Numbered from the stretch's first letter, positions 10,687 to 21,942 are shown. The stretch: 64,000 nucleotides of DNA from Polaromonas sp. (GCA_021731285.1 JAKFXR010000065.1:11531-75530), one strand, 5' to 3'. Program-made: numbers and translations. Notes: generated by a model from the letters alone, not told the origin.

Positions 10687-11961
10687 ATGGACAAACTACG
10701 CATCAGGGGCGGCAAATCGCTGGCCGGGACGGTGGATATTTCGGGCGCAAAAAATGCGGCCTTGCCGGAGTTGTGCGCGGCATTGCTGACTGCCGACCCT
10801 GTGATCCTGGAGAACGTACCCCGTTTGCAGGACGTCAGCACCATGCTCAAGCTGATCCGCAACATGGGGGTGACGGCGGAACTGAGCGCGACCACGCCGG
10901 GTACTGTGCACATCAACGCCGGGCCCCTGAGCTCGCCTGAAGCCCCGTACGAGCTGGTCAAAACCATGCGCGCGTCCGTGCTGGCGCTGGGCCCTTTGCT
11001 GGCGCGGTTTGGCGAGGCTACGGTATCGCTGCCTGGTGGTTGCGCCATCGGCTCACGGCCGGTAGACCAGCACATCAAGGGCATGCAGGCCATGGGTGCC
11101 GAGATCGTGGTGGAACACGGTTACATGATTGCGAAATTGCCACCGGGGCAAAAGCGCCTGAAAGGCTGCAGCATCACCACCGACATGGTGACTGTCACCG
11201 GCACCGAAAACTTCATGATGGCTGCCAGTCTGGCAGAGGGCGAAACCATTCTGGAAAATGCCGCGCAGGAGCCGGAGATCGGCGATCTGGCGGAGATGCT
11301 CATCAAGATGGGCGCCAACATTGAAGGCCATGGCAGCTCCCGCATCCGCATCCAGGGTGTGGAGCGCCTGCACGGCTGCACACACCAGGTGGTGGCTGAC
11401 CGGATCGAGACCGGTACTTTTCTCTGCGCCGTCGCGGCTGCGGGGGGTGACGTTGTGCTGCGCCACGGCCGCGCCGAGCACCTCGACGCGGTGATCGAAA
11501 AGCTGCGCGAGGCGGGTGCCATCATCACGGCGGGGGACGGATTTATTCGCATTCAGGCCCAGGGCCGCATGCAGGCACAATCCTTCCGTACCACCGAATA
11601 CCCCGGTTTTCCAACCGACATGCAGGCCCAGTTCATGGCGCTCAATGCGATTGCAGAGGGCTCGGCCAAAGTGACGGAAACCATTTTTGAAAACCGTTTC
11701 ATGCACGTCAACGAGATGGTGCGGCTGGGCGCGAAGATTGAAATCGATGGCAAGTTTGCGGTGATCGAAGGGGTGGAAAAACTCTCGGGTGCCACGGTGA
11801 TGGCGACCGACCTGCGGGCCTCCGCCAGTCTGGTGATTGCCGGGCTGGTCGCCGAAGGCGAAACGCTGATAGACCGCATCTACCATCTGGACCGCGGTTA
11901 CGACCAGATGGAAGCCAAGCTCCGTGCCATAGGTGCTGACATTGAAAGAGTGAAGTCATGA
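10687..11961 (+). CDS. murA: UDP-N-acetylglucosamine 1-carboxyvinyltransferase
   Basis: [34 protein letters not shown]. Confidence 0.99.
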   Translation: MDKLRIRGGKSLAGTVDISGAKNAALPELCAALLTADPVILENVPRLQDVSTMLKLIRNMGVTAELSATTPGTVHINAGPLSSPEAPYELVKTMRASVLALGPLLARFGEATVSLPGGCAIGSRPVDQHIKGMQAMGAEIVVEHGYMIAKLPPGQKRLKGCSITTDMVTVTGTENFMMAASLAEGETILENAAQEPEIGDLAEMLIKMGANIEGHGSSRIRIQGVERLHGCTHQVVADRIETGTFLCAVAAAGGDVVLRHGRAEHLDAVIEKLREAGAIITAGDGFIRIQAQGRMQAQSFRTTEYPGFPTDMQAQFMALNAIAEGSAKVTETIFENRFMHVNEMVRLGAKIEIDGKFAVIEGVEKLSGATVMATDLRASASLVIAGLVAEGETLIDRIYHLDRGYDQMEAKLRAIGADIERVKS

Positions 11962-12599
11962 TCACGCTCGCGCTGTCCAAGGGACGCATTTTCGACGAAA
12001 CCCTGCCGCTGCTCAAAGCGGCCGGCATTGAGGTGCTGGAAGACCCGGAAAAGTCCCGCAAGCTCATTTTGAGCACCAACCGCCCCGATGTGCGTGTGGT
12101 GCTGGTGCGCGCCACCGATGTGCCGACCTATGTGCAGTACGGCGGCGCCGACATTGGCGTGACCGGCAAGGACACCCTGATTGAACACGGCGGCCAGGGG
12201 CTTTACCAGCCGCTGGACCTGCAGATTGCCAAATGCCGCATGAGCGTGGCGGTGCGCGCCGGTTTTGACTACGAAGCTGCCGTGAAACAGGGCTCGCGCC
12301 TGAAAGTGGCGACCAAGTTTGTCAGCATCGCGCGGGATTTTTTCGCCACCAAGGGTGTGCACGTGGACCTGATCAAGCTCTACGGCAGCATGGAGCTGGC
12401 GCCCCTGACCGGCCTGGCTGACGCGATTGTTGATCTGGTCAGCAGTGGCAACACCCTCAAGGCCAACCAGCTGGTCGAGGTCGAGCGCATCATGGACATC
12501 AGCTCACATCTCGTCGTCAACCAGGTGGCGCTCAAGCTCAAGCAGACGCAGCTGCGCAGCATCATCGATGCATTTGCGTCGGCCATCGGCAAACCTTGA
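11958..12599 (+). CDS. hisG: ATP phosphoribosyltransferase, short form
   Basis: [26 protein letters not shown]; 213 aa, so lacks the regulatory domain (HisZ expected elsewhere). Confidence 0.97.
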   Translation: MITLALSKGRIFDETLPLLKAAGIEVLEDPEKSRKLILSTNRPDVRVVLVRATDVPTYVQYGGADIGVTGKDTLIEHGGQGLYQPLDLQIAKCRMSVAVRAGFDYEAAVKQGSRLKVATKFVSIARDFFATKGVHVDLIKLYGSMELAPLTGLADAIVDLVSSGNTLKANQLVEVERIMDISSHLVVNQVALKLKQTQLRSIIDAFASAIGKP

Positions 12600-12609
12600 A
12601 CCTGACAGC

Positions 12610-12663
12610 GCTATGGTTTTTGTAGCTAATCCCTCCCGTCTTTCAACGGCCAGCAGCACATTT
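12610..12663 (+). repeat. 54-bp motif, copy 2 (overlaps hisD start)
   Basis: GCTAT-ggttttt-GTAGC-N18-AACGGC-N9-ATTT. Confidence 0.85.
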
Positions 12664-13932
12664 GAAGCGGAGTTGAAGGCGCGCCTGCACTGGTCTGCAG
12701 AGACCGATCAGGAGATCGAGCAGGTGGTTGCCGGTATTTTGGCGGATGTCCAGCAGCGCGGTGATACCGCCGTGCTCGAGTACACCCGCCGCTTTGACCG
12801 CCTCGATGCGGCCTCCATGCAAACGCTGGAGCTGACGCAAACCGAACTCAAGGCAGCGTTTGACGCCATACCTGCCGCCCAGCGTGATGCGCTGCAGGCC
12901 GCGGCCCGGCGGGTGCGCAGCTACCACGAAGCCCAGAAGAAGGCCAACGGCGAAAGCTGGCAGTACCGCGACGCTGACGGCAGCTTGCTTGGCCAAAAAG
13001 TCACCCCGCTGGACCGCGCCGGCATTTACGTGCCGGGCGGCAAGGCCGCTTATCCCTCCTCGGTGCTGATGAATGCCATCCCCGCCCACGTGGCCGGCGT
13101 CGGTGAAATCATCATGGTGGTGCCCACGCCCGGCGGTGAAAAAAATCCGCTGGTGCTGGCCGCGGCTTATGTGGCCGGCGTCACGCGGGCTTTCACGATT
13201 GGCGGCGCGCAGGCGGTGGCAGCTCTGGCCTACGGCACTGCCACCATTCCTGCGGTGGACAAGATCACCGGCCCCGGCAATGCCTACGTAGCGGCTGCCA
13301 AGCGCCGGGTGTTTGGCACTGTTGGCATCGACATGATCGCTGGCCCCAGCGAAATCCTGGTGCTGGCTGACGGCACAACGCCGCCGGACTGGGTGGCCAT
13401 GGACTTGTTCAGCCAGGCCGAGCATGACGAGCTGGCGCAAAGTATTTTGTTGTGCCCTGACGCCGCCTACATTGACGAAGTGCAGGCGGCCATCCACCGT
13501 TTGTTGCCTGGCATGCCGCGCGCTGAAATCATTGCCAAATCGCTCAACGGCCGGGGCGCCCTGATCCACACCCGCAACATGGAAGAAGCCTGCGCCATCA
13601 GCAACCGCATCGCGCCCGAGCACCTGGAGGTGTCAAGTCGCGACCCACACCGGTGGGAGCCCTTGCTCAAACATGCCGGCGCCATTTTTCTCGGGGCCTA
13701 CACCAGCGAATCACTGGGGGACTACTGCGCCGGCCCCAACCACGTGTTGCCCACCAGCGGCACGGCGCGCTTTTCCAGTCCGCTGGGCGTTTACGACTTC
13801 CAGAAACGCAGCAGCCTCATTGAGGTCAGTGAGGCGGGCGCGCAGACTCTGGGAAAAATTGCCGCCGAGCTGGCGTATGGTGAAGGCCTGCAGGCGCATG
13901 CCCGGGCTGCTGAAATGAGGCTGAAGAAATGA
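12613..13932 (+). CDS. hisD: Histidinol dehydrogenase
   Basis: [32 protein letters not shown]; start taken as first ATG after hisG. Confidence 0.97.
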   Translation: MVFVANPSRLSTASSTFEAELKARLHWSAETDQEIEQVVAGILADVQQRGDTAVLEYTRRFDRLDAASMQTLELTQTELKAAFDAIPAAQRDALQAAARRVRSYHEAQKKANGESWQYRDADGSLLGQKVTPLDRAGIYVPGGKAAYPSSVLMNAIPAHVAGVGEIIMVVPTPGGEKNPLVLAAAYVAGVTRAFTIGGAQAVAALAYGTATIPAVDKITGPGNAYVAAAKRRVFGTVGIDMIAGPSEILVLADGTTPPDWVAMDLFSQAEHDELAQSILLCPDAAYIDEVQAAIHRLLPGMPRAEIIAKSLNGRGALIHTRNMEEACAISNRIAPEHLEVSSRDPHRWEPLLKHAGAIFLGAYTSESLGDYCAGPNHVLPTSGTARFSSPLGVYDFQKRSSLIEVSEAGAQTLGKIAAELAYGEGLQAHARAAEMRLKK

Positions 13933-15008
13933 GCGCGGGTGAACGTTTGGACATCAAAAAGCTGATCAGACAGGACGTGCAGTCCATGCACGCTTACGCG
14001 ATCCAGGATTCGGTGGGCATGGTCAAGCTGGACGCCATGGAAAACCCGCACCGCCTGCCCGCTGCCTTGCAGGCCCACCTGGGGCAGCGCCTGGGCGCTC
14101 TGGCGCTCAACCGTTATCCGGACGGGCGGGTCAACGACCTGCGCAAGGCGCTGGCCGACCATGCGCAAATGCCCGAAGGCTTTGACATCATGCTGGGCAA
14201 CGGATCGGACGAACTGATCTCGCTGCTGGCCATGGCCTGCGATGTGCCCGGTGCGTCCATCCTCGCGCCGCTGCCCGGTTTTGTGATGTATGGCATGAGT
14301 GCGCAGCTCCAGGGGCTGAAGTTTGTGGGCGTGCCTTTGAGCGCCGACTTCGAGCTGGATGAAGCCGCCATGCTGGCGGCCATTGCCGAGCATCAGCCCT
14401 CCATCATCTACATTGCCTATCCCAACAACCCAACGGCCGGTTTGTGGGACGACGCGGTGATCGAGAAAATCGTTGAGGCCGCACCCGGCCTGGTGGTTTT
14501 TGACGAGGCCTACCAGCCGTTTTCCAGCAAGAGTTACATAGCCCGCATTCACAAGCACAGCCATGTGCTGCTGATGCGCACCATGAGCAAGTTTGGCCTG
14601 GCCGGCGTGCGCATTGGCTACATGATCGGCCCCAAGGCGCTGATTGCCGAGGTGGACAAGGTGCGTCCGCCCTACAACATCAGTGTGCTCAACTACGAAT
14701 GCGCATTGTTTGCACTGGAGCACGCAGACGTGTTTGCGGAGCAAGCCCGGGAGCTGCGGGCGCAGCGTGCCGTCGTTTTTGAAGCGCTGGAACGCATGGC
14801 AGGGGTCAAGGCGTGGAAAAGCGACGCCAACATGATCCTGACCAGGGTGCCTGACGCGTCCAAAACCTTCGAAGGCATGCGCTCACGCGGGGTGCTTGTC
14901 AAAAACGTTTCTAAAATGCATCCATTGCTGGCCAATTGTTTGCGCCTGACCGTGGGCACCGCTGACGAAAACCTGCAAATGCTGGCAGCCCTTAAAGAAT
15001 CACTATGA
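13929..15008 (+). CDS. hisC: Histidinol-phosphate aminotransferase
   Basis: [22 protein letters not shown]. Confidence 0.97.
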   Translation: MSAGERLDIKKLIRQDVQSMHAYAIQDSVGMVKLDAMENPHRLPAALQAHLGQRLGALALNRYPDGRVNDLRKALADHAQMPEGFDIMLGNGSDELISLLAMACDVPGASILAPLPGFVMYGMSAQLQGLKFVGVPLSADFELDEAAMLAAIAEHQPSIIYIAYPNNPTAGLWDDAVIEKIVEAAPGLVVFDEAYQPFSSKSYIARIHKHSHVLLMRTMSKFGLAGVRIGYMIGPKALIAEVDKVRPPYNISVLNYECALFALEHADVFAEQARELRAQRAVVFEALERMAGVKAWKSDANMILTRVPDASKTFEGMRSRGVLVKNVSKMHPLLANCLRLTVGTADENLQMLAALKESL

Positions 15009-15601
15009 CCACTTCCCGCACCGCCGAAGTTTCGCGCAACACCGCCGAGACCAAAATCACCGTCAAGCTCAACCTGGACGGCACTGGCCAGGCGAAGCTG
15101 GCCACCGGCATCGGTTTTTTTGACCACATGCTGGACCAGATTGCCCGGCACGGCCTGATCGATCTGGACATCCATGCCGACGGCGACCTGCACATTGACG
15201 GCCATCACACGGTCGAGGACGTGGGCATCACGCTGGGTCAGGCCGTGGCCCAGGCCATCGGCGACAAAAAAGGCCTGCGCCGCTACGGTCACGCCTATGT
15301 GCCGCTGGACGAGGCGCTGTCGCGCGTGGTGGTTGATTTCTCCGGCCGCCCCGGGCTGGTGATGAACGTGCCCTTCAAGAGCGGCATGATTGGCGGTTTT
15401 GACGCACAGCTTGCACACGAGTTCTTCCAGGGCTTTGCCAACCACGCCTTTGTCACCTTGCACATCGACAATCTGCGCGGAGAAAACGCCCACCACCAGG
15501 CCGAGACCGTGTTCAAGGCCTTTGCCCGCGCCCTGCGCATGGCGCTGGAGATCGATCCCCGGTCTGTGGGTGTGATTCCTTCGACCAAAGGCTCGCTGTA
15601 G
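15005..15601 (+). CDS. hisB: Imidazoleglycerol-phosphate dehydratase
   Basis: DGHHTVED and NAHHQAE metal-binding motifs. Confidence 0.98.
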   Translation: MTTSRTAEVSRNTAETKITVKLNLDGTGQAKLATGIGFFDHMLDQIARHGLIDLDIHADGDLHIDGHHTVEDVGITLGQAVAQAIGDKKGLRRYGHAYVPLDEALSRVVVDFSGRPGLVMNVPFKSGMIGGFDAQLAHEFFQGFANHAFVTLHIDNLRGENAHHQAETVFKAFARALRMALEIDPRSVGVIPSTKGSL

Positions 15602-15638
15602 ATGCCTTTTGGGGCGGCCCACCCGAAAGCTTTGCGAC

Positions 15639-15692
15639 TTTTCGGGGCTTTGCCCTTTGGCGGCGGGAATAGTTCGCTATAAAATCAGTAGC
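15639..15692 (-). repeat. 54-bp motif, copy 3 (hisB-hisH)
   Basis: Plus strand GCCCTT(15652)-N18-GCTAT-aaaatca-GTAGC; distal 4-mer diverged. Confidence 0.85.
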
Positions 15693-15705
15693 AATTGTGG
15701 TTCAA

Positions 15706-16377
15706 ATGTCCAAGGTGAAAAAAGTAGCGGTGGTTGACTACGGCTCGGGCAACCTGCGCTCGGTGTCGCAGGCCGTCCAGCATGTGGCCCAGGGCAGCGG
15801 CTATGAGGTGGTGGTCACCTCCAGCGCGCAAGAGGTGCTGGATGCCGAGCGTGTGGTACTTCCCGGCCAGGGCGCCATGCCCGACTGCATGCGTTCGCTG
15901 GCCGAGTCCGGCCTGAAGGACGCCGTGCTGCACGCCGCCGCCAACAAGCCCCTGTTTGGCGTGTGTGTGGGCATGCAGATGCTGCTGGACCGCAGCCATG
16001 AAGGTCTTTCCGCCGCCGGTACGCCCGGCTTGGGCCTGATTCCCGGCGAGGTCGTCAAGTTCGACCTGGCGGGCAAGATCCAGCCCGATGGCAGCCGCTA
16101 CAAGGTGCCGCAAATGGGCTGGAACCAGGTCACCCAGAACGGGGTGCCGCCCCATGCCATCTGGGCGGGCGTGCCTGATGGTTCCTACTTTTATTTTGTG
16201 CACAGCTTTTATGCGCGTCCGTCTGATGCGCGCCACAGTGCGGGCTTTGCCGACTATGGCGCGCCCTTTACGGCGGCAATTGCGCGCGATAATATTTTCG
16301 CGACCCAATTCCACCCCGAAAAAAGCGCAGACCACGGACTGGCCCTCTACCGCAACTTCCTGCACTGGAACCCCTGA
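15706..16377 (+). CDS. hisH: Imidazole glycerol phosphate synthase glutaminase subunit
   Basis: [23 protein letters not shown]. Confidence 0.97.
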   Translation: MSKVKKVAVVDYGSGNLRSVSQAVQHVAQGSGYEVVVTSSAQEVLDAERVVLPGQGAMPDCMRSLAESGLKDAVLHAAANKPLFGVCVGMQMLLDRSHEGLSAAGTPGLGLIPGEVVKFDLAGKIQPDGSRYKVPQMGWNQVTQNGVPPHAIWAGVPDGSYFYFVHSFYARPSDARHSAGFADYGAPFTAAIARDNIFATQFHPEKSADHGLALYRNFLHWNP

Positions 16378-16448
16378 TTCATCCGGCAAAGCGGTCCCGT
16401 CTTTTTCTTTTCAACCCCTCTTCACCGCCCCGGTCCATTTCCCTGCCC

Positions 16449-17189
16449 ATGCTACTTATCCCAGCGATCGACTTAAAAGACGGCCATTGCGTGCGCCTCA
16501 AGCAGGGCGACATGGATCAATCCACCATCTTCAGTGAAGACCCGGCCGCCATGGCCCGCAGCTGGGTGGACAAAGGCGCGCGCCGCCTGCATCTGGTGGA
16601 TCTCAACGGTGCGTTTGCGGGCAAGCCCAAAAATGAAGCCGCCATCCGCAAGATCCTGGCCGAGGTCGGCAGCGAGATCGACGTCCAGCTGGGCGGCGGG
16701 ATCCGCGACCTGGACACGATTGAGCGTTACCTCGATTCCGGCCTGCGCTACGTCATCATCGGCACGGCTGCGGTCAAAAACCCCGGTTTCCTGCAGGACG
16801 CCTGCACCGCCTTTGGCGGTCACATCATCGTCGGGCTGGACGCCAAAGATGGCAAGGTCGCCACGGACGGCTGGAGCAAGATGACCGGCCATGAGGTTGT
16901 CGATCTCGGCAAGAAATTTCAGGACTACGGCGTCGAGTCCATCATCTACACCGACATTGGCCGCGACGGCATGCTCAGCGGCATCAACATCGAAGCTACC
17001 GTCAAGCTGGCCCAGGCCCTGACCATCCCCGTCATCGCTTCGGGTGGCTTGTCCAACATGGCCGACATTGAGGCGCTGTGTGCCGTCGAAGACGAGGGTG
17101 TCGAAGGTGTGATTTGCGGCCGCTCGATTTACAGCGGCGATCTCGATTTTGCAGCGGCTCAAGCCCGCGCTGACGAATTGAATGGGTAA
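16449..17189 (+). CDS. hisA: ProFAR isomerase
   Basis: [21 protein letters not shown]. Confidence 0.98.
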   Translation: MLLIPAIDLKDGHCVRLKQGDMDQSTIFSEDPAAMARSWVDKGARRLHLVDLNGAFAGKPKNEAAIRKILAEVGSEIDVQLGGGIRDLDTIERYLDSGLRYVIIGTAAVKNPGFLQDACTAFGGHIIVGLDAKDGKVATDGWSKMTGHEVVDLGKKFQDYGVESIIYTDIGRDGMLSGINIEATVKLAQALTIPVIASGGLSNMADIEALCAVEDEGVEGVICGRSIYSGDLDFAAAQARADELNG

Positions 17190-17275
17190 CCCCCCGAAGC
17201 GGCCTCTGGCCGCCTCCCCCCAGGGGGCGCCACCAGCGGCCCGGCAAAGCCGGTTCCACGGTAGCCCTGGCCTCA
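17190..17275 (+). repeat. Multi-hairpin repeat, copy A2 (hisA-hisF, diverged)
   Basis: CCCCCCAGGGGGC and GCGGCCCGGCAAAGCCGGTTCC; begins immediately after the hisA stop. Confidence 0.85.
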
Positions 17276-17299
17276 AACCGCTTTTCTGGTCTGTGCATC

Positions 17300-18079
17300 T
17301 TGCTTGCTAAAAGAATCATTCCTTGCCTCGACGTCACTGGTGGCCGCGTCGTCAAAGGCGTCAACTTCGTCGAACTGCGCGACGCCGGTGATCCTGTTGA
17401 AATCGCCGCCCGTTACAACGAGCAGGGCGCGGACGAGTTGACCTTCCTTGACATCACCGCCACCAGCGACGGGCGCGACCTGATCCTGCACATCATCGAA
17501 GCGGTGGCCTCGCAGGTGTTCATTCCGCTGACAGTGGGCGGCGGGGTGCGCACCGTCGAGGACGTACGTCGCCTGCTCAATGCCGGGGCTGACAAGACCA
17601 GCTTCAACTCGGCCGCCATTGCCAACCCGCAGGTCATTGAAGACGCTTCCGTCAAATACGGCGCGCAGTGTATTGTCGTGGCCATCGACGCCAAGCGCCG
17701 CAGCGACGAAGACGCCCAAGCCCGCGGCGCTGGCTGGGACGTGTACAGCCATGGTGGCCGCAAGAACACCGGGCTGGATGCGGTGGCCTGGGCCACCGAG
17801 ATGGCCAGACGCGGTGCGGGCGAGATCCTGCTGACCAGCATGGACCGTGATGGCACCAAATCGGGCTTCGATCTGGCGCTGACCCGGGCCGTCAGCGACG
17901 CTGTCAGCGTGCCGGTCATCGCATCAGGCGGCGTTGGCAACCTCGATCACCTGGCCGACGGCATTCAATTGGGAGGCGCCGATGCGGTGCTGGCTGCCAG
18001 CATCTTCCACTACGGCGAATACACCGTCCAGCAGGCCAAGCAACACATGGCGGCGCGCGGCATCCCTGTACGGCTTTGA
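17300..18079 (+). CDS. hisF: Imidazole glycerol phosphate synthase cyclase subunit (TTG start)
   Basis: [37 protein letters not shown]. Confidence 0.98.
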   Translation: MLAKRIIPCLDVTGGRVVKGVNFVELRDAGDPVEIAARYNEQGADELTFLDITATSDGRDLILHIIEAVASQVFIPLTVGGGVRTVEDVRRLLNAGADKTSFNSAAIANPQVIEDASVKYGAQCIVVAIDAKRRSDEDAQARGAGWDVYSHGGRKNTGLDAVAWATEMARRGAGEILLTSMDRDGTKSGFDLALTRAVSDAVSVPVIASGGVGNLDHLADGIQLGGADAVLAASIFHYGEYTVQQAKQHMAARGIPVRL

Positions 18080-18082
18080 CCC

Positions 18083-18226
18083 AACCCCCGTCGGACGCTC
18101 ACTGCGTGTAGCGCCTTCCCCCCTGCTGGGGCGGAAAGATTGGCAACCCCCATCGGCTTCACCGTCCCCCCTGCCGGGGCGATATCTGCGGTCCGGCGGA
18201 GCCGGTCCCGCGATATCCTGGCCTGG
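18083..18226 (+). repeat. Multi-hairpin repeat, copy A3 (composite, hisF-hisI)
   Basis: CACTGCGTG hairpin, duplicated CCCCCCTGCYGGGGCG block, CCGGCGGAGCCGG hairpin. Confidence 0.8.
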
Positions 18227-18264
18227 GCAATCTCCAAGCCTCCAAATCCCGGACAATAGACACC

Positions 18265-18654
18265 ATGAATTGGCTAGACGACATCCAATGGGACGACAAG
18301 GGCCTGATCCCTGTCATTGCGCAGGAAGCCTCCAGCGGCGACGTGCTCATGTTTGCCTGGATGAACCGCGAGGCGCTACAAAAAACCGCCGAGCTGGGCC
18401 AGGCGGTGTATTTCAGCCGGTCGCGCGGGCGGCTGTGGCACAAGGGCGAAGAGTCCGGCCATCTGCAGACCGTGCACGAGATCCGGCTGGACTGTGACAA
18501 CGATGTGATTTTGCTCAAGGTCACGCAGCTCGGCCACACCCCGCCCATCGCCTGCCACACGGGCCGCCACAGCTGTTTCTTTCATCTTTACAAGGATGGC
18601 CAGTGGGTGGTGACCGCGCCGGTCTTGAAAGACCCCAAAAACATCTATAAATGA
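18265..18654 (+). CDS. hisI: Phosphoribosyl-AMP cyclohydrolase
   Basis: [24 protein letters not shown]. Confidence 0.98.
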   Translation: MNWLDDIQWDDKGLIPVIAQEASSGDVLMFAWMNREALQKTAELGQAVYFSRSRGRLWHKGEESGHLQTVHEIRLDCDNDVILLKVTQLGHTPPIACHTGRHSCFFHLYKDGQWVVTAPVLKDPKNIYK

Positions 18655-19034
18655 CGAATAGCGCCATGACATCCAACGACTCACTGCAACGCCTTGCTGG
18701 CATCATTGAAAGCCGCAAGCCCGGCCAGGGCGGCGATCCCGAGACCAGTTATGTCGCACGCCTGCTGCACAGGGGCCCGGACGCCTTTCTGAAAAAAATT
18801 GGTGAAGAAGCCACCGAAACCGTGATGGCCGCCAAAGACCTGGACCACGGGGGCGACCCTGCCAAACTGGTGGGCGAAGTGGCCGACCTGTGGTTTCACA
18901 CCCTGATTGCACTGGCGCACTACGGGCTCAGCCCGGCCGACGTGATCGCCGAGCTGGACCGCCGTGCAGGCACCAGCGGCATCGAGGAAAAAGCGCTGCG
19001 CAAGGCCCAGGCCCGTGAAGCTGGCGACAATTAA
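18651..19034 (+). CDS. hisE: Phosphoribosyl-ATP diphosphatase
   Basis: [23 protein letters not shown]. Confidence 0.97.
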   Translation: MTNSAMTSNDSLQRLAGIIESRKPGQGGDPETSYVARLLHRGPDAFLKKIGEEATETVMAAKDLDHGGDPAKLVGEVADLWFHTLIALAHYGLSPADVIAELDRRAGTSGIEEKALRKAQAREAGDN

Positions 19035-19058
19035 CATTTATCCGACAGGAGCTGACGC

Positions 19059-19430
19059 ATGAGCCAAACCGATCTGGCCGAATTCGACAACAAAAGTGCG
19101 GGCGACCGCACCGTCATGCATGTGCTGTACGGCCTTCATACGCTGGCCTGGTTCAGCGGTGGCGTGTTTGCCGTTGTGGCGCTGATCGTCAACTACATCC
19201 GCCGCGCCGACGAGTCGGACGCGCTTTACATCGACCACCACAACTACATGATCCAGACCTTCTGGTGGACGCTGCTGTGGCTGGTGGTCCTGTCGCCGCT
19301 GTGGCTGCTGCTTTTCCTGCCCGGTGCGATCGCCTACGGCATTGTCTGGCTGTGGTACCTGTACCGCTGCGTGCGGGGCTGGATGCGCTTTAACAGTGGC
19401 CGGCCTGCCCGAAACTCCGCGGACATCTGA
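19059..19430 (+). CDS. Conserved small membrane protein (DUF4870-like)
   Basis: Hydrophobic helices, HHNYMIQTFWW and WYLYRCVRGW; typical position after hisE. Confidence 0.8.
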   Translation: MSQTDLAEFDNKSAGDRTVMHVLYGLHTLAWFSGGVFAVVALIVNYIRRADESDALYIDHHNYMIQTFWWTLLWLVVLSPLWLLLFLPGAIAYGIVWLWYLYRCVRGWMRFNSGRPARNSADI

Positions 19431-19448
19431 TCAACTTCACTTTCACCC

Positions 19449-19823
19449 ATGAGCCAGCCCGCTTCCCCCGCTCCCGACAACTGCATTTTTTGCAAAATTG
19501 CCGCCGGCAAGATACCCAGCCGCAAGGTTTATGAGGACGAAGACATCTTCGCCTTCCATGACATCAACCCCTGGGCACCTGTTCATTTTCTGATGATTCC
19601 CAAGGCCCACATCGCCTCCATGGCCCAGGTCGGTCAGGAGCACGAGGCCCTGCTGGGCCGCATGATGGCCCTGGCGCCGAGGCTGGCGCTGGCCGAAGGT
19701 TGCAGGCCCTATCCCGAAGGCGGCTTTCGCATCGTGACGAACACCGGCGCCGAAGGCGGGCAGGAAGTGCACCATCTGCACGTCCATGTCATGGGCGGGC
19801 CGCGCCCGTGGTTGAAGGGTTAG
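19449..19823 (+). CDS. Histidine triad nucleotide-binding protein
   Basis: CIFCKI and GQEVHHLHVH HIT motif. Confidence 0.95.
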   Translation: MSQPASPAPDNCIFCKIAAGKIPSRKVYEDEDIFAFHDINPWAPVHFLMIPKAHIASMAQVGQEHEALLGRMMALAPRLALAEGCRPYPEGGFRIVTNTGAEGGQEVHHLHVHVMGGPRPWLKG

Positions 19824-19914
19824 CCCCCACGCTCCGCCGCTACGCGGGTCGCTGCCCCCCGAGGGGGCGCTGCGCCTGCGGCCCGGCAAAGCCGGTTCCG
19901 CGGCCCCGGCTTGA
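19824..19914 (+). repeat. Multi-hairpin repeat, copy A4
   Basis: Near-consensus copy directly after the HIT stop. Confidence 0.92.
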
Positions 19915-20154
19915 CTAAGAGTCGATGCGGATGTTCACTTTCTACCGATCGTCCTGAGCCTGTCGAAGGATGCCGCCTAGTGATCGTCGACCTGCGGGTA
20001 AATGCCTGCTTGCAAGTGCGGCGGCGCGCCTCAGATAGGGCAATCATGCGGGCGGGGTGGTCAATGCGGGTCATCCCCCCCGGCTGCATCGGCAAGGCCT
20101 TTAGAATGGCCGCAACCCCGCGCAAATTTGCGTTTAAAGATTTAGGAGAGAAAC

Positions 20155-20403
20155 ATGGGCTCGTTTTCCATTTGGCACTGGCTGATTGTCTTGTTGATCG
20201 TGGTCATGGTGTTCGGCACCAAAAAACTCCGCAACATGGGCGGCGACCTCGGCGGCGCTGTCAAGGGCTTCAAGGACGGCATGAAAGACGGCGGCCAGAG
20301 CGCGGACGAAAAAGCCGCGGCTGCAGCTGCCGCCAGCCAGGTCAGTCACGCTCCCACTGCTGACAAAACCACGATCGACGTGGAAGCCAAGCAGAAGTCT
20401 TGA
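20155..20403 (+). CDS. tatA: Tat translocase subunit TatA
   Basis: [12 protein letters not shown]...FGTKKL; AGGAG RBS. Confidence 0.97.
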   Translation: MGSFSIWHWLIVLLIVVMVFGTKKLRNMGGDLGGAVKGFKDGMKDGGQSADEKAAAAAAASQVSHAPTADKTTIDVEAKQKS

Positions 20404-20583
20404 TGGCCCCCACGCTTGCCACTGCGTGTGCTGCGCGAGGCCTTGCAGGCCGCGGCTCGCGGGACGCTTCGCCTCTGTCGCCTGTCCAAACCTGCGCAGG
20501 CAGGTTTGGAGCCGCAGGCTCCAGCCCCTGGGGGGCCGCTGCGCCTGCGGCCCGGCAAAGCCGGACCCGCGGCCCCTGCTTGA
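20404..20583 (+). repeat. Multi-hairpin repeat, copy A5 with nested insert
   Basis: First 33 nt identical to copy A7; ~85-90-nt insert containing TCCAAACCTGC-GCAG-GCAGGTTTGGA. Confidence 0.9.
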
Positions 20584-20629
20584 AACTGCCATCTCCCTGC
20601 GATAGCCCCCTTCCGCCTGCTGAACTGCC

Positions 20630-21097
20630 GTGATTGACATAGGCCTTTCCAAGATTGCCCTGATAGGCGCTGTGGCGCTGATCGTCATTGGCCCCGAGAA
20701 GCTGCCGCGCGTGGCTCGCACGGTTGGCATGCTGCTGGGCAAGGCGCAACGCTATGTGTCCGACGTCAAGCAGGAGGTCAGCCGCTCGATGGAACTGGAC
20801 GAACTCAAGAAAATGAAGGAGTCTGTCGAAGGCGCTGCCCGGGATGTCGAAAACACCATCCAGACCAATGCCAGTGATTTCGAGAAATCCTGGGCCGAAA
20901 CCACGGGCGCTGCTTCCAGCGATGAGCTGCCGGGCATGATCAGTTTTCCAGAGTACCGCCATCCGAAAAAGAACTGGCGTCTCAAATCCGGCGCCACACC
21001 TCAGTGGTACAAGGCCCGCTCCGGCGTTCGCACCAAGGCGCAGTCCGGCGCCGCCCGTGTGGCACGTTTTCGTCCGCAGCCAGGCCGCAATGTTTAA
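20630..21097 (+). CDS. tatB: Tat translocase subunit TatB
   Basis: IDIGLSK...[10 protein letters not shown]. Confidence 0.95.
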   Translation: MIDIGLSKIALIGAVALIVIGPEKLPRVARTVGMLLGKAQRYVSDVKQEVSRSMELDELKKMKESVEGAARDVENTIQTNASDFEKSWAETTGAASSDELPGMISFPEYRHPKKNWRLKSGATPQWYKARSGVRTKAQSGAARVARFRPQPGRNV

Positions 21098-21145
21098 ATC
21101 GGGTGCCGGTTTGCCGGCACCGGCGTTTCAGCGACTATCTTCCCC

Positions 21146-21937
21146 ATGAGTGATCCCAGTACCGACAAGCCCGACGAACTCGCGGGTACCGAGCAGCCTT
21201 TTGTGCAGCACCTGATCGAGTTGCGCGACCGGATGATCCGCATCGTTGCGGCCGTCGGGATTGCGGCGATTTTGCTGGCCATCTGGCCGGGCCCGGCCTA
21301 TTTGTTTGACCTGCTGGCCGCCCCGCTGGTGGACACCTTGCCAAAGGGCGCATCGCTGATCGCCACTTCCGTCATCTCCCCTTTCCTGGTGCCTTTGAAG
21401 ATATTGCTGATGGCCGCCTTCATGCTGGCCTTGCCGGTGGTGCTGTACCAGGTGTGGGCTTTCGTGGCGCCCGGGCTGTACACGCATGAGAAAAAACTGG
21501 TGATGCCGCTGGTGGTGTCCAGTACGCTGTTGTTTTTTGTCGGCGTGGCTTTTTGCTACTTTTTTGTCTTTGGCCAGGTCTTCAAGTTCATCCAGGGCTT
21601 TGCGCCCAAATCCATTGTGGCCGCGCCGGACATCGAGGCCTACCTCGGCTTTGTGCTGAGCATGTTCCTCGCTTTTGGCATGGCCTTCGAAGTGCCGATT
21701 GCCGTGGTGGTGCTGGCCCGCATGAACATTGTCAGCATCCAGAAGCTCAAGGATTTCCGCGGCTACTTCATCGTGCTGGCCTTTGTCATCGCGGCTATCG
21801 TCACGCCGCCGGATGTCGTCTCGCAACTGGCGCTCGCCATCCCGATGTGCCTGCTCTACGAAGTGGGCATCTGGGCTGCGCAGATCTTCATCAAGCACAC
21901 CCAGGCGCCTGAAGACGCCGAAGCCGCCAAACCTTAA
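21146..21937 (+). CDS. tatC: Tat translocase subunit TatC
   Basis: HLIELRDR, FVAPGLYTHEKK, TPPDVVSQ. Confidence 0.98.
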   Translation: MSDPSTDKPDELAGTEQPFVQHLIELRDRMIRIVAAVGIAAILLAIWPGPAYLFDLLAAPLVDTLPKGASLIATSVISPFLVPLKILLMAAFMLALPVVLYQVWAFVAPGLYTHEKKLVMPLVVSSTLLFFVGVAFCYFFVFGQVFKFIQGFAPKSIVAAPDIEAYLGFVLSMFLAFGMAFEVPIAVVVLARMNIVSIQKLKDFRGYFIVLAFVIAAIVTPPDVVSQLALAIPMCLLYEVGIWAAQIFIKHTQAPEDAEAAKP

Positions 21938-21942
21938 CACTC

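Noticed and set aside
11958-12599. Short HisG as a truncated pseudogene
   Set aside because: Short-form HisG partnered by HisZ is normal in Betaproteobacteria.
14895-14925. AT-rich patch in hisC resembling one in prmC (54610-54650; GTTTY...AAATGYA)
   Set aside because: Only two loosely matching instances, not enough to define a motif by eye.
20400-20633. 77-aa ORF bridging the tatA stop and tatB start
   Set aside because: Almost entirely made of repeat copy A5. The overlap at both ends is curious, but there is no other coding evidence.
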